In this document: piece by piece, positions 31,529-42,024 of the stretch
How positions within the stretch are numbered: position 1 is the stretch's first letter
How the letters are laid out: each line of letters starts with the position of its first letter
Assembly: GCA_965263355.1 (NCBI GenBank)
Contig: CBDHHL010000032.1
Span: 3,360,001 to 3,424,000, forward strand
From: Leptolyngbyaceae cyanobacterium
GTDB taxonomy: Bacteria; Cyanobacteriota; Cyanobacteriia; Phormidesmidales; Phormidesmidaceae
Length of the DNA: 64,000 bases
Direction of reading: 5' to 3'
Notes under the pieces: generated by a model
Database searches by the model: none
Told to the model about the DNA's origin: nothing
What the model saw: the letters and a program-made list of their open reading frames with translations, nothing else
Position numbers and translations under genes: made by a program

Positions 31529-32362
31529 ATGTACAGCCCGAAGCAAACGTTAATTGATACGTTTATTGACTATATTCAAGCCACCTATCAGACCGTTTTT
31601 GGTGCTCAGCGATCCAGCTACGAGGCTTTGCTAGGGGAGATCGCTGGTAAAGCACTACAAACTATTGCTAAAAGCGATGCACTTTATCATGACCTGGAGC
31701 ACACTATTTTAGTGACTTCGGTAGGACAGGAAATTTTGCAAGCCAAGCGTGTTTGTGACGGTACCACTAGCGTGACATCAAAGGATTGGGTGCACTTTAT
31801 AACAGCCCTTCTCTGCCATGATATTGGCTACTGTAAAGGGATATGTCGTCAGGATGACTGTAAACTGGGTCATCATTCCACTGGTGTTGGTGAGGAGTTT
31901 ATTTTTTTGCCATTTGGAGCAACGGATGCAGCCTTAAGCCAATACCATGTAGATCGCAGTCAGCGGTTTGTACAAGAACAGTTTGAGCATGAGCCCTTGA
32001 TTGATGTTGTAACTGTTCAGAAAATTATTGACCGCACTCGTTTTCCAGCTAGGGAAAGTACTCTGGTCTCGAATATCCAAGAATTAGAAGATTTGGGTCG
32101 CTCAGCAGATTTAATTGGTCAATTTAGCGATCGCAACTACCTGCAAAAGCTACCGGCCCTTTTTTATGAATTTGAACAAAACGGTACTAATCACAGCCTG
32201 GGGTATCGACAAATCAAGGATATACGCCTGGGCTTATCAAAGTTTTACTGGAACTGTGTGCACGGTTATGTGGAGAATGCGCTCTCATATCTAAATTACA
32301 CCTCTACAGGTCAGCAAATCGTGATAGAACTTCACGCAAATGTATCTGGTGATCAGACCTGA
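31529..32362 (+). CDS. HD-domain metal-dependent phosphohydrolase (Npun_R2479-like)
   Basis: 'DALYHDLEHT', 'LLCHDIGY', 'YHVDRS', 'SADLIGQ'; start set at ATG 31529. Confidence 0.85.
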   Translation: MYSPKQTLIDTFIDYIQATYQTVFGAQRSSYEALLGEIAGKALQTIAKSDALYHDLEHTILVTSVGQEILQAKRVCDGTTSVTSKDWVHFITALLCHDIGYCKGICRQDDCKLGHHSTGVGEEFIFLPFGATDAALSQYHVDRSQRFVQEQFEHEPLIDVVTVQKIIDRTRFPARESTLVSNIQELEDLGRSADLIGQFSDRNYLQKLPALFYEFEQNGTNHSLGYRQIKDIRLGLSKFYWNCVHGYVENALSYLNYTSTGQQIVIELHANVSGDQT

Positions 32363-32571
32363 CTGTGTGCATGGAGTCAAATGTGCCTAGAGCCAACGAA
32401 TCCAGCAGATTACATCTAGCCATTCCCTTCGGGGGGATTAGATTATTTCATGGTTTCATCAAACTCAGGCATGCACACTTTAATTAAATTTTAGTGATCG
32501 TATCTCACAACATCCGTATCCATATCGCCAGAAAGCACCTAAACTAGGTGCTGTTCTTACCTGAGAGACCA

Positions 32572-32970
32572 ATGGCACCACGCGATGAGAGTAAAACAGC
32601 AACTGCTCCTGAAGCAGTAGACACCGCCCCAGCTAAAACTATATCTACTAAAGAAACTGTACCCGCTAAAGCAGACACCAATGCCAATACCTCTGATATA
32701 GAAACTGAAAACTTAGATACTATCTTCAGCGCCTTGAAAACGTTGATGACTACAGTGGACAAGTTACAAAAATCACGCCAGGAAGTGGGAGACATTAAAC
32801 CTTTAATTGTGCGGATGCTTGATGGAGAGCTACTGTCAGGTGATGAGCTTGAACAGTTAAAGACGGGAGTAAGCGGACTGTCTAAGCTAGTAAAGATTTA
32901 TAGCGACTACCAAATCGCCCTGGAAAAAGCGCAACCTGCCAGAGAGATCTTAGATGCAGTACTGAAGTAG
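32572..32970 (+). CDS. Hypothetical helical protein
   Basis: Low-complexity N-terminus plus amphipathic helices; start set at ATG 32572. Confidence 0.7.
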   Translation: MAPRDESKTATAPEAVDTAPAKTISTKETVPAKADTNANTSDIETENLDTIFSALKTLMTTVDKLQKSRQEVGDIKPLIVRMLDGELLSGDELEQLKTGVSGLSKLVKIYSDYQIALEKAQPAREILDAVLK

Positions 32971-33198
32971 AACACAGAATAATGGTTCTGGTATCTTTCG
33001 TGGTCAGCTATTCAAGCATCTAAAGAGAGACTCCACACGGAGACTTGAGAACTGGAATAGCTGACGTAAAACAGTCTGTGCAGATTTGATAAACAATGAC
33101 AAAGCACTTTATCATTGTTACTACTAAAAATCTGTTGCACTTAGCTTGAATAACTTGCAAATATAGGGATAAATAGGCATGTTAGATTTCTTTTCCCA

Positions 33199-33405
33199 TT
33201 ATTTGCTACCACCGCTCAGACGTCTTCGGGGTACCCCCGGAGGAGCTGGTTTAAAAAATCGTTCTACTGAGAATTCATAGTCATTGAAGTCCCCCCAAAG
33301 GTCCACTGATAATGCAACGGTATCTGCTATCAGCCAATTAGGGATTAAAATCACGCCAAGTATTAGGGGACGTAAAAGGCTGCCCATAGTCAGATTTCTA
33401 AACAA
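33199..33405 (-). CDS. Small putative secreted peptide or DUF928-like N-terminal fragment
   Basis: Hydrophobic N-region; ends 'FKPAPPGVPRRRLSGGSK'. Confidence 0.4.
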   Translation of the reverse strand: MFRNLTMGSLLRPLILGVILIPNWLIADTVALSVDLWGDFNDYEFSVERFFKPAPPGVPRRRLSGGSK

Positions 33406-33532
33406 ACGGCGTTACTAGGGCACCACCAAGGCAGCCCTAAACACTTATCAGTAGAGGAAATTGATTTACGCTCAAACTGTTACAAAACGCAATGAAACGC
33501 AGCTTCTTTTGAATTTTTGTGCTGCCTTCTGC

Positions 33533-34381
33533 TTACTGAATACCAATTGTCAAATCATAGGATGCGTTTCCACGGTTACCGCCGACAATCACCTGATAAT
33601 CCCCCGTATGGGGTAACAAAATCGTTTCATTATTGGCGCTAAAGGCCAGGATATAGCCGCTGGGCGAAATCACATCAAAGGCCGCATTATTTTCTAAAGC
33701 GACAATGCTTAGAGTCATTTGCTGCCCGCCCTGGGCACCTAGCACATAGATATCCCGATCACCTCGCACAATACTATTGCTGACAATCGCATCGCTTCTC
33801 CCTGGAGCAAACTCCACCCGTTGGGTATTGACATGATTCGCCGCTGACAGTAAATCTATCGCTTCTAGACCATTGTGATCCTGAAAAGCAGGGTCCACCA
33901 GTTTACAATCGGTCAGGTTGAGTATATGGTCCTTGGTCTGCAGGGTACTATCGGTTAGGGTCCAAGTTTCACGGGTAGCTTGCACGTCGTATTCAATCCA
34001 GGTGGTAATGTCGACAGCGGTCTGATTTTCTGTCAACTGGCCTGCAAATACTTGGGCATAGCTAGTGAAGTAACCGGCTTCTTCATTTTGGACAGAGGAG
34101 CGAGCATCGCCCTGGAGCTGGTTGTTATCGTTCAACGTTAAACGCAAATACGTGGACAGAATGCCATTGTTTAATAGATAGCAATAGCGACCGGGCAACA
34201 GCTCAAAGGTCGTTTTCTCAAGCGCAGGGGAAGTAGACGTCAGCTCAGATTCTATTGGCGGCAAGGCTTCCAACGGCGCGCTCGCACCTTGAGTATCGAT
34301 ATTTTTGATACGACAGCCTGCGATCGCACCGATTAACACCGGCACCAAACTGTAACCAATCGCTGGATTAAAACGAACCAT
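33533..34381 (-). CDS. Lipoprotein with C-terminal PPC-like beta-sandwich
   Basis: Lipobox 'IAGC'; 'YVLGAQGGQQMTL...LPHTGDYQVIVG...YDLTI'. Confidence 0.7.
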   Translation of the reverse strand: MVRFNPAIGYSLVPVLIGAIAGCRIKNIDTQGASAPLEALPPIESELTSTSPALEKTTFELLPGRYCYLLNNGILSTYLRLTLNDNNQLQGDARSSVQNEEAGYFTSYAQVFAGQLTENQTAVDITTWIEYDVQATRETWTLTDSTLQTKDHILNLTDCKLVDPAFQDHNGLEAIDLLSAANHVNTQRVEFAPGRSDAIVSNSIVRGDRDIYVLGAQGGQQMTLSIVALENNAAFDVISPSGYILAFSANNETILLPHTGDYQVIVGGNRGNASYDLTIGIQ

Positions 34382-34433
34382 AACAGCAAATTAAAACGGC
34401 CTACTGCCCAGTGCTTAAGTCATCTCAAGCAAC

Positions 34434-34832
34434 CTATTCAGACTTCGCCAGCCTAATCTGGGTCCCATCTAAATCAGTTCGATATTGCCAGGTTTGCTGA
34501 CCGTCAGTCACACTTACGGCCCACCCTGGCGTCATCATCTGAGCACAAAATTCCCCTGGGCCACTCAATCCCAGACATGCATCGGGCCAATCTGCTGCCT
34601 CACTTTTGACAATGCTAAGGCTATCAGGGGATACGTTCTTTTCTGCGCCAACCGCCTTCAAAATGGTCTGCTGCAGCTCTGGAGAGAGTGATTCGTCAGA
34701 CATATCGACAGCTTCCTCCGGATTGGAATGCTCAGGACTTGGGATAGATATCGGTGTTTTTTCCGCTGGGGTACAGCCCACATTAAGCAGTAGCACCAAA
34801 GCTATCATGAATACAATTTGTGGCATTTGCAA
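34434..34832 (-). CDS. Hypothetical lipoprotein
   Basis: Lipobox 'NVGC'; 'WPDACLGL...CAQMMTPGW...YRTD'. Confidence 0.7.
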   Translation of the reverse strand: MQMPQIVFMIALVLLLNVGCTPAEKTPISIPSPEHSNPEEAVDMSDESLSPELQQTILKAVGAEKNVSPDSLSIVKSEAADWPDACLGLSGPGEFCAQMMTPGWAVSVTDGQQTWQYRTDLDGTQIRLAKSE

Positions 34833-35188
34833 ACTCCATGTTGGCTGATTCAGTCTGCATCGAATATCTTAGGTTAAGCAAACTTGTATTCACTTAACCT
34901 CATACGTATTAGTGATATGTATGGGCGGTAAGTCGCAGTTATCTAGAGCTAATGTGATTCCCGTAAGCGGTCTAGACCTTAACAACCCAAGTAGACAAAA
35001 CCGTTTGTTTACTTAGGAGGGATAGGGGCTTGTGCTGACAGACAGCATGGTTAATGCTTCTGTAGCATTGTTACTGAACTAAGCGTTTTAATTTATACCG
35101 GTTCTCTACTTAGGAAGCAAAATTACTTAAATTCCCACATCCATCACACCGTAGTAGTTCCTTAAATGTCATACCAAAGTAGTGTCTT

Positions 35189-37000
35189 ATGAAACGTTTT
35201 TACTTAAGCTTAGTTGGCCTCGGTATAGTCATAGCGTTGTTGTTTAGCTCACTATTGCCTGCCCCCCGGCTCTCGACTGATGTGATCGCTCAACAGTCAG
35301 CCAATAGTTTAAATCAACAGACCTTTGCCGTTGGAGAATTTGATTCTATTGTTTTAGATTTTCTCGAAACACCAGATGTCCTCTCTAACCTATCCAATTC
35401 TTTAAAGTCACTGGGGCAACAATTTAGCTTAAATCCTGTACTAAACAGCGATTTTTCACAGGCCGACCACATCTACATTGTTTCCGGAAATCAAGCAGTT
35501 CTAGACAAACTAAAGGGATCCAATTGGGCCACTCAAACTGAATATATCGAACCCAACTATATTTATTCTCAAGCGGCCTTCCCCGTTAATGACCCAGATT
35601 ATTCCAAGCAGTGGAATCTCCGACAAATCAAAGCTCCCAGTGCTTGGAAACGGGGTGTGACCGGTCAAGGTGTCACCGTTGCAGTGATTGATACCGGTAT
35701 TAGCCGAGGCCGCGATTTGTCAGAAACAGAGTTTGTCCCAGGGTATGACTTTGTCAATGATCGTGAAAGCGCCATTGATGACAATGGTCATGGCACCCAT
35801 GTGGCGGGCACCATTGCCCAGTCCACTAATAATCGCTACGGAGTAGCGGGTATCGCCTATGGAGCCAAACTAATGCCACTCAAGGTTCTCAGTCGCACTG
35901 GTGGGGGCACCGTTGCAGATATAGCAGAAGCCATTCGGTTTGCTGCGGATAACGGTGCTAACGTGATCAATATGAGTTTAGGTGGTGGTGGTGATTCTAA
36001 GCTTATGCGCGAAGCCATTGACTATGCCCATAAAAAGGGAGTTGTCATCGTTGCTGCTGCTGGCAACGAAAGTAGCAGTAGTGCCTCCTATCCCGCCCTG
36101 TATCCTAATGTGATTGCAGTATCTGCCATCGGTCCAGATAAAAATAAAACCGCCTATTCCAATTATGGAACAGGGGTGGATATTGCGGCTCCTGGGGGAA
36201 CAACTCGCAATAGTGAGCAGGATGGCATTTTGCAAGAAACCATTAATCCCCGGACTCCAGGTGAGTTTCAGTTTAAATATTTCCAGGGGACAAGTATGGC
36301 AGCTCCCCATGTAGCGGGTGTTGCTGCCCTAATTAAGTCTCGCCGCCCACAGTTATCCCCTGATGAAGTCTGGAATGTACTAAAGTCATCGGCCCAGCCC
36401 GTTAAAAACGACAGCCACAACTATTTTGGAGTAGGATTCCTGGATGCAGCCAAAGCCGTTGGTGGTGGCGGTATTCCGATTACGTTTAACCCCCTCACCA
36501 TTCGCTGGATTGACATCGGACTCAAGCTGATGGCTGCGGCATTACTGACCTGGGTGCTAACACCCCGTGAAGGTCAGTTTAATCCTTGGAATCCTGGCTT
36601 TCTGCTGGGGATTTTACTAGGCAGTGTAGGCATCTTTGTATTACCAGCTATACAGATTGCCACCGTACCCCATTGGCCTTTACGCCTATTGGGTAGCTCA
36701 ATTCCAGAAATGGGGGGGGCAATCATGAATCAAACCACCCTAAATCCTTTGTTCGCGAGCCTTTTAATTCCCCTTGGGCTAATGTCGTTGTTGATTAGCC
36801 ATCGTAGCTTGAAATGGTCAGTACTGGGCATTTCCATTGGTATGACGGCGTTTATGGTGATAGCAGCCTCCGGGTCACCGACCATCTGGCTAATTGGTTC
36901 AGGGCAACTGGCAAGATTATTTTTACTTGTCAATGCCCTGATCGGTTTCTTTATCACCTACTTGTTTATGAAAGTGGCTGTGGATGATACACAGCAGTAG
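35189..37000 (+). CDS. S8 subtilisin-like serine peptidase with C-terminal membrane domain
   Basis: Catalytic triad motifs 'VAVIDTG', 'HGTHVAGTI', 'GTSMAAPHVAG'; several C-terminal TM helices. Confidence 0.95.
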   Translation: MKRFYLSLVGLGIVIALLFSSLLPAPRLSTDVIAQQSANSLNQQTFAVGEFDSIVLDFLETPDVLSNLSNSLKSLGQQFSLNPVLNSDFSQADHIYIVSGNQAVLDKLKGSNWATQTEYIEPNYIYSQAAFPVNDPDYSKQWNLRQIKAPSAWKRGVTGQGVTVAVIDTGISRGRDLSETEFVPGYDFVNDRESAIDDNGHGTHVAGTIAQSTNNRYGVAGIAYGAKLMPLKVLSRTGGGTVADIAEAIRFAADNGANVINMSLGGGGDSKLMREAIDYAHKKGVVIVAAAGNESSSSASYPALYPNVIAVSAIGPDKNKTAYSNYGTGVDIAAPGGTTRNSEQDGILQETINPRTPGEFQFKYFQGTSMAAPHVAGVAALIKSRRPQLSPDEVWNVLKSSAQPVKNDSHNYFGVGFLDAAKAVGGGGIPITFNPLTIRWIDIGLKLMAAALLTWVLTPREGQFNPWNPGFLLGILLGSVGIFVLPAIQIATVPHWPLRLLGSSIPEMGGAIMNQTTLNPLFASLLIPLGLMSLLISHRSLKWSVLGISIGMTAFMVIAASGSPTIWLIGSGQLARLFLLVNALIGFFITYLFMKVAVDDTQQ

Positions 37001-37012
37001 TTTGAGAGAGGC

Positions 37013-38296
37013 CTAGCGGCTCAGCGATACCATAGCGCTGGTAATGTGGCTTAACTCATCAGGCTGAATGATATAGGGTGGCATCGTGTACAGCAGCTTG
37101 CCAAAGGGTCGTAGCCATACACCATGGTCTACCACTTGAGGCTGAATTACAGCCATATCAACTGGTTCATGGAGTTCAACTACACCGATAGCACCTAACA
37201 CTCGTACATCTTTAACCAAGGGTGACTGACCACAGGGAGCCAGCTCTGCTTTGAGCTGGCTCTCGATGGCTTGGATTTTGGCTGGCCAATCATAGCTTGT
37301 TAAAAGTGCCATGCTTTCTAAGGCGACGGCACAGGCTAGGGGGTTGGCCATAAAAGTGGGTCCATGCATAAAGACCCCAGCTTCGCCTTGGGAAAATACC
37401 TGGCTAATTTGGGGGGTGGTGAGGGTGGCGGCTAGGGACATAAAACCGCCGGACAGGGCCTTGCCAACACAAAGAATATCGGGGGAAATATTGGCATGTT
37501 CGCAAGCAAACAGCTTGCCAGTACGGCCAAAGCCCGTGGCAATCTCATCGAGAATTAACAAGATGTTGTAGCGATCGCACAGTTCCCTCACCCGGCGTAC
37601 ATAGTCAGGGCTATAAAACCACATGCCCCCTGCTCCCTGAACCACAGGCTCAAAGATAGCTGCGGCTATCTGGTCATGATTTTCAGCTAACAGCTGCTCA
37701 AAACTAGCAATATCACTATCGTCCCATACACCCCAAAACGGAATCTGGGGCCGATCAGCAAAATACTGTTGCCGCAAAACCTGATTAAACAGATGATGCA
37801 TCCCATTGATCGGATCACACACCGACATCGCATCAAAGGTATCGCCATGGTAACCCCCACGCATCGTCAAAAACCGATGTTTTTGCGGCTGTCCCAAGTT
37901 ATACCAATATTGAATCGCCATTTTCATGGCCACTTCCACCGATACCGAACCAGAATCACAGAAAAATACTTGCTGTAGGGGTTCAGGCGTCAATGTCACT
38001 AACCGCTGGGCCAACTGCACCGCAGGTTGATGGGTAAGCCCTCCAAACATCACATGGGACATGCGATCAATCTGATCACGGGCTGCTTGGTTCAAACGCG
38101 GGTGGTTATACCCATGAATACAGGTCCACCAAGAAGACATGCCATCTACCAAGGTGCGACCATCTTCTAACTCAATGTAAACACCTTGGGCTGACTTGAC
38201 AGGGAAAAGCGGCAGCGAATTAGGCATGGCGGCGTAGGGATGCCACACATGCTGGCGATCAATGGCAAGCAACTGGTCGGTGGGGAAAGAGTTCAT
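37013..38296 (-). CDS. bioA: Adenosylmethionine-8-amino-7-oxononanoate transaminase
   Basis: 'HVWHPY', 'DGMSSWW', 'DSGSVSVEVAMKMA', 'DEIATGFGRTG', 'HGPTFMANPLAC'. Confidence 0.96.
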   Translation of the reverse strand: MNSFPTDQLLAIDRQHVWHPYAAMPNSLPLFPVKSAQGVYIELEDGRTLVDGMSSWWTCIHGYNHPRLNQAARDQIDRMSHVMFGGLTHQPAVQLAQRLVTLTPEPLQQVFFCDSGSVSVEVAMKMAIQYWYNLGQPQKHRFLTMRGGYHGDTFDAMSVCDPINGMHHLFNQVLRQQYFADRPQIPFWGVWDDSDIASFEQLLAENHDQIAAAIFEPVVQGAGGMWFYSPDYVRRVRELCDRYNILLILDEIATGFGRTGKLFACEHANISPDILCVGKALSGGFMSLAATLTTPQISQVFSQGEAGVFMHGPTFMANPLACAVALESMALLTSYDWPAKIQAIESQLKAELAPCGQSPLVKDVRVLGAIGVVELHEPVDMAVIQPQVVDHGVWLRPFGKLLYTMPPYIIQPDELSHITSAMVSLSR

Positions 38297-38299
38297 CTG

Positions 38300-38776
38300 T
38301 TATTTAACCGTGACAGTAATTTTTTCTGAAATCACTGGCTTGTCATGGGGAATATGACTGTAGTTGCCCAGCACTAGCTGTAATGTATGCTCACCCGGCT
38401 CTAAATCCAGCTGGGTTTCAGTTTGACCTGCACCATAGTGCAGCAATTGTTCAGATGCTTGTAAGGGTTCTGTTAGAGAAGGCAGCTGATCAACATCGAT
38501 CAGTAAGTGGTGATGACCGGTATTGGGACGATCAACTCCTGCAGGGGCGATGCCCAGACCCGCTAATCCAAATTGCACCTTGAAGGGAGCTACTACGGTT
38601 TCACTATTGTTGGGAGAAATAATATACACCCTGGCAGAAGCAGGGGCAGGGGATAGATTTGCCGCATCAACAGGGGTAACCCATAGGGCAAATACCATCA
38701 TGAGACAAAGGCTTACCAATGTAAGGCTGCGCTGAACACAAGAAACCATAGATAACACATACTCAAAAACCAACAT
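38300..38776 (-). CDS. DUF4399-domain exported protein
   Basis: 'VYIISP', 'NTGHHHLLID', 'GEHTLQL'; start uncertain. Confidence 0.8.
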   Translation of the reverse strand: MLVFEYVLSMVSCVQRSLTLVSLCLMMVFALWVTPVDAANLSPAPASARVYIISPNNSETVVAPFKVQFGLAGLGIAPAGVDRPNTGHHHLLIDVDQLPSLTEPLQASEQLLHYGAGQTETQLDLEPGEHTLQLVLGNYSHIPHDKPVISEKITVTVK

Positions 38777-39036
38777 CCTTTATGGTAAGCCGTTGCGTTA
38801 CCACAACGGTCATATCTCCAACTGTCACAGCAAAAATAAACGATTTTTCAATAGTTTTAGAGCTTATTTTATAGTCCACCTCCAAAAAGTGTCCTCTACT
38901 TTTACGCGCTACCAAGGGCATAAAGATACAACAGGACCATGCAAGCGAGGTTTAGTCATCTCTGGTGTCAAACACCCATGGGAAACACCCTCGCCTGACA
39001 TAACGCTTCATATAAAACGTTTCGAGGAATTTAACC

Positions 39037-39504
39037 ATGATGTTCAATCGTATTCTTTGCACACTAGGGCTAACGGCTGCTGTTCTTGGTGCAGCCCCCC
39101 TAACCGCATCTGCCCAAACTGTTCCCGACTATAACTATGTTGGCATCGGTGGCAGCGACGAGGGTTTTGTTGTTAACGGCAAACTCTCTTTATCTGAGAA
39201 TCTGTCTGTTCGTCCCGCCGTTAGCACTGATTTCGACTTTGAGGATGGTGAAGATGTGGTTTATGTTCTGCCAATCACCTATGATTTTAATTCTCTGGAT
39301 CCCGCTGGTCGTTTCAATCCCTATCTAGGGGCCGGTATTAACGGTGAACTCGGCGACGACAACACCCTTGAAGCTGCTGTTACAGGGGGTGCTGATTATC
39401 GTGTTAACGATCAGTGGTTAGTCAATGGTTCTGTTGTTTGGTCTCCCTTCCAAGATGGTAACGATGATGTAGACTTCATCGCTGGCATTGGCTACAGCTT
39501 CTAG
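39037..39504 (+). CDS. Small outer-membrane beta-barrel protein
   Basis: Signal peptide, alternating beta pattern, terminal 'GIGYSF'. Confidence 0.8.
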   Translation: MMFNRILCTLGLTAAVLGAAPLTASAQTVPDYNYVGIGGSDEGFVVNGKLSLSENLSVRPAVSTDFDFEDGEDVVYVLPITYDFNSLDPAGRFNPYLGAGINGELGDDNTLEAAVTGGADYRVNDQWLVNGSVVWSPFQDGNDDVDFIAGIGYSF

Positions 39505-39541
39505 ATGTAGCCCCTGGTTATCACAAAAGCTCTCCAAATCG

Positions 39542-39568
39542 GCCCCGTCTGTAGCGGGGCTTTTTTTT
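39542..39568 (+). terminator. Rho-independent terminator
   Basis: GCCCCG-tctgtag-CGGGGC followed by T8. Confidence 0.85.
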
Positions 39569-39616
39569 GCAATATTTTTTACAGTGCTATTGTACTCAAA
39601 AACTGTTTTACGAAGA

Positions 39617-40405
39617 CTACTGTTCTAGTTCTGCAATGTCAGAGCTGTTGGGCAGCTTTGTGGTATTAACAAACTCAACAAATGCTTCATTTAAAGCAGC
39701 ATACCCTTGGGCATTCAGGTGCAACTCATCCTGCCGATAATCTTCAGGCATTTGCCCTTGTTCATTGGCGATGGCTGAAAAACCATCGAAAATAAATACT
39801 CGATCATCCTGTAGAGAATCAATATAGCCATTTACTTCGTAAATGGCTTGGGCCACATCATCGGACCAAACTGGTTGGCGGATGAGGGGCACGTCTCCAA
39901 CCGGCAGAATAGTGCTCACAATTACGGTTGCGCCCAGTGCCTTAGCGTCTTCCACCATTTGGCGAATATTAGAGCGGCAGAGATCAATGATAACATTACG
40001 CTCTTCTGGCATCAGGGGAATAGTCTTTAAGTCATTCACACCCACTTGAATGACAACAATGTCTGGTTCTAAATCACTCAGGTGAAAATCAAACCGCTGA
40101 CTTGTTTGGGCAGAGGTTTGACCACTCACCCCACGGTTATAAAACTCATACCCCTCAATCTTAGGGGCAGGCCAGTTGGCAGCCCTAGAATCGCCGAACA
40201 GGATAATCCGTTGTGTATCACCATTATCCTTAAGTTGAGGATCGGGATCATAGTAACTTAACCCCAGTGGATCTAACCGAACCTGATTTAGTTCAAAATA
40301 GTACTTTTTGAGCTGTCCGTAGAGGAAAAAGTTAAGTGTGACCGAAGCACCTACAACAGGTATTGCCAAATACAACAATAGCGAGCTAGCCGTGACCGAT
40401 TTCAT
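39617..40405 (-). CDS. SGNH/GDSL hydrolase
   Basis: 'LFGDSR', 'NRGVSGQT', 'GVND', 'DELHLN'. Confidence 0.9.
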   Translation of the reverse strand: MKSVTASSLLLYLAIPVVGASVTLNFFLYGQLKKYYFELNQVRLDPLGLSYYDPDPQLKDNGDTQRIILFGDSRAANWPAPKIEGYEFYNRGVSGQTSAQTSQRFDFHLSDLEPDIVVIQVGVNDLKTIPLMPEERNVIIDLCRSNIRQMVEDAKALGATVIVSTILPVGDVPLIRQPVWSDDVAQAIYEVNGYIDSLQDDRVFIFDGFSAIANEQGQMPEDYRQDELHLNAQGYAALNEAFVEFVNTTKLPNSSDIAELEQ

Positions 40406-40764
40406 AGGGGCGTTCGAAGTATAAATTCAACTTAAGAGGATACTGTAACGAAGTTTGAAGACTTATATTCCAACATAATTTGTTCCAAGCTGTGGTAGAT
40501 GGAACTATTGCTAATGCCTTGAATTGATTGTTACTAGGTATTTCCTAACCGCTTGAAAAGTTTGAGAAGTTTTGGTGAAGCTAGGATATAACAACTTAGC
40601 CTGAGGTAATGCATCACTAGTTCAATATTCACAACATGCTGGTCTCATCAGAAATTTTCAGTCCAATGCGGTGCTACTTATTAATCGCAACAGTTGCTAT
40701 TTAGCCCTTCATCAGGGCATAACCATATAGGGCTTTTGGATATTTTTATTAAACTGTTTGCTAT

Positions 40765-41934
40765 ATGGCTCTTGAAACTGCACTATTTTTTCCACCTAAA
40801 CCGCAGCCGTTAATGATTCGGTTAGTACAAAGCGTGTCATATCTAGTACTGCAGCGATTGTATCGGTGCGGCTTGGTGGTGTCTGATGATGATGTCGCCA
40901 AACTCCGGGCAATTGATCAGGCCCGAGTCGTTTATGTGTGTAATCATCCCACCATGGAAGATGGCATGGTGCTGTTTGGTCTGGCTGCACGGGTAGGACA
41001 GCTGTGGCACTATATCGTGGCATGGGAGTCATTTAAGGGGCTGCAAGGAAAATTTCTGCAATGGATGGGCTGCTACAGCATTCGCCGGGGTCTGGGAGAC
41101 CGGGCTAGTATCGCCCAAACATTGAGCCTATTGAAGGCACCTCGAGCCCAAGTTGTCATTTTTCCGGAAGGGGGATGTTCCTATCAAAACGATACGGTAA
41201 TGCCATTTCGGTCAGGGGCAATTCAAATGCCACTGCAGGTGATGGCGCAGCTGGCCAAGCGCAACCCTGATACGGATTTATACATCGTGCCAATCTCGCT
41301 GAAGTACCGATATACTCAACCTATGACAGCCATCATTGAGAAAACCTTGCAAGGGCTAGAACAGGAGTTGGGACTGTTAGCGGTAGAGCCTCAGGATTTT
41401 TATCAACGGCTGCTTGCGATCGCAGCCCTAATCATCACGCGTATCGAAGCAGAATTTGGCTTGCCCCATCCTATTAACCAAGACTGGAATGAACGGATCA
41501 GCCGCTTACGCCACCATGTGATTAGCCAATGTGAGCAGCAACTCAGTTTACATCCGAATGGTGCCCCCATTCGGGAACGCGTCTATAGAATTCAAGCACT
41601 ACTGGAATCGGAAGAACCCAAAACAGTAACCGAAGACGATGCTCTATATTGGACAACAGTTAGACTACTCAATTTTGATGCAATTTATGATGGCTATGTA
41701 GCCGCTGATCCCACACCCGAGAGATTTCTCGACACACTCATGCGGTTGGAGCGAGAGGTTTATCAAATCGAACATATCCAACCAAAAGCTCACCGTCAGG
41801 CCATTTTTAGCGTCGGCGAGCCAATCAATCTGAAGCACTACGTGAAAGCCTTCAAGCAAAATAAAACAGGTACCGTAACACAGCTAATAGAACAATTACG
41901 CTCAGCCATCCAGGGGAATTTGGCGGCAGGATAA
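40765..41934 (+). CDS. PlsC-like acyltransferase domain protein
   Basis: 'CNHPTMED' (HxxxxD), 'IFPEGG'. Confidence 0.85.
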   Translation: MALETALFFPPKPQPLMIRLVQSVSYLVLQRLYRCGLVVSDDDVAKLRAIDQARVVYVCNHPTMEDGMVLFGLAARVGQLWHYIVAWESFKGLQGKFLQWMGCYSIRRGLGDRASIAQTLSLLKAPRAQVVIFPEGGCSYQNDTVMPFRSGAIQMPLQVMAQLAKRNPDTDLYIVPISLKYRYTQPMTAIIEKTLQGLEQELGLLAVEPQDFYQRLLAIAALIITRIEAEFGLPHPINQDWNERISRLRHHVISQCEQQLSLHPNGAPIRERVYRIQALLESEEPKTVTEDDALYWTTVRLLNFDAIYDGYVAADPTPERFLDTLMRLEREVYQIEHIQPKAHRQAIFSVGEPINLKHYVKAFKQNKTGTVTQLIEQLRSAIQGNLAAG

Positions 41935-42024
41935 TTGAAGATAGCAATGCACTTTTGCCCCGAGTGCTCGAATGAAGCTCACGGCGAAATCTTGCCAAAA
42001 GGTAGTCAGTGGACCAGGTTTATT

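Noticed and set aside
33199..33405. PatS/PatX-type pattern-formation peptide
   Set aside because: There is no RGSGR pentapeptide.
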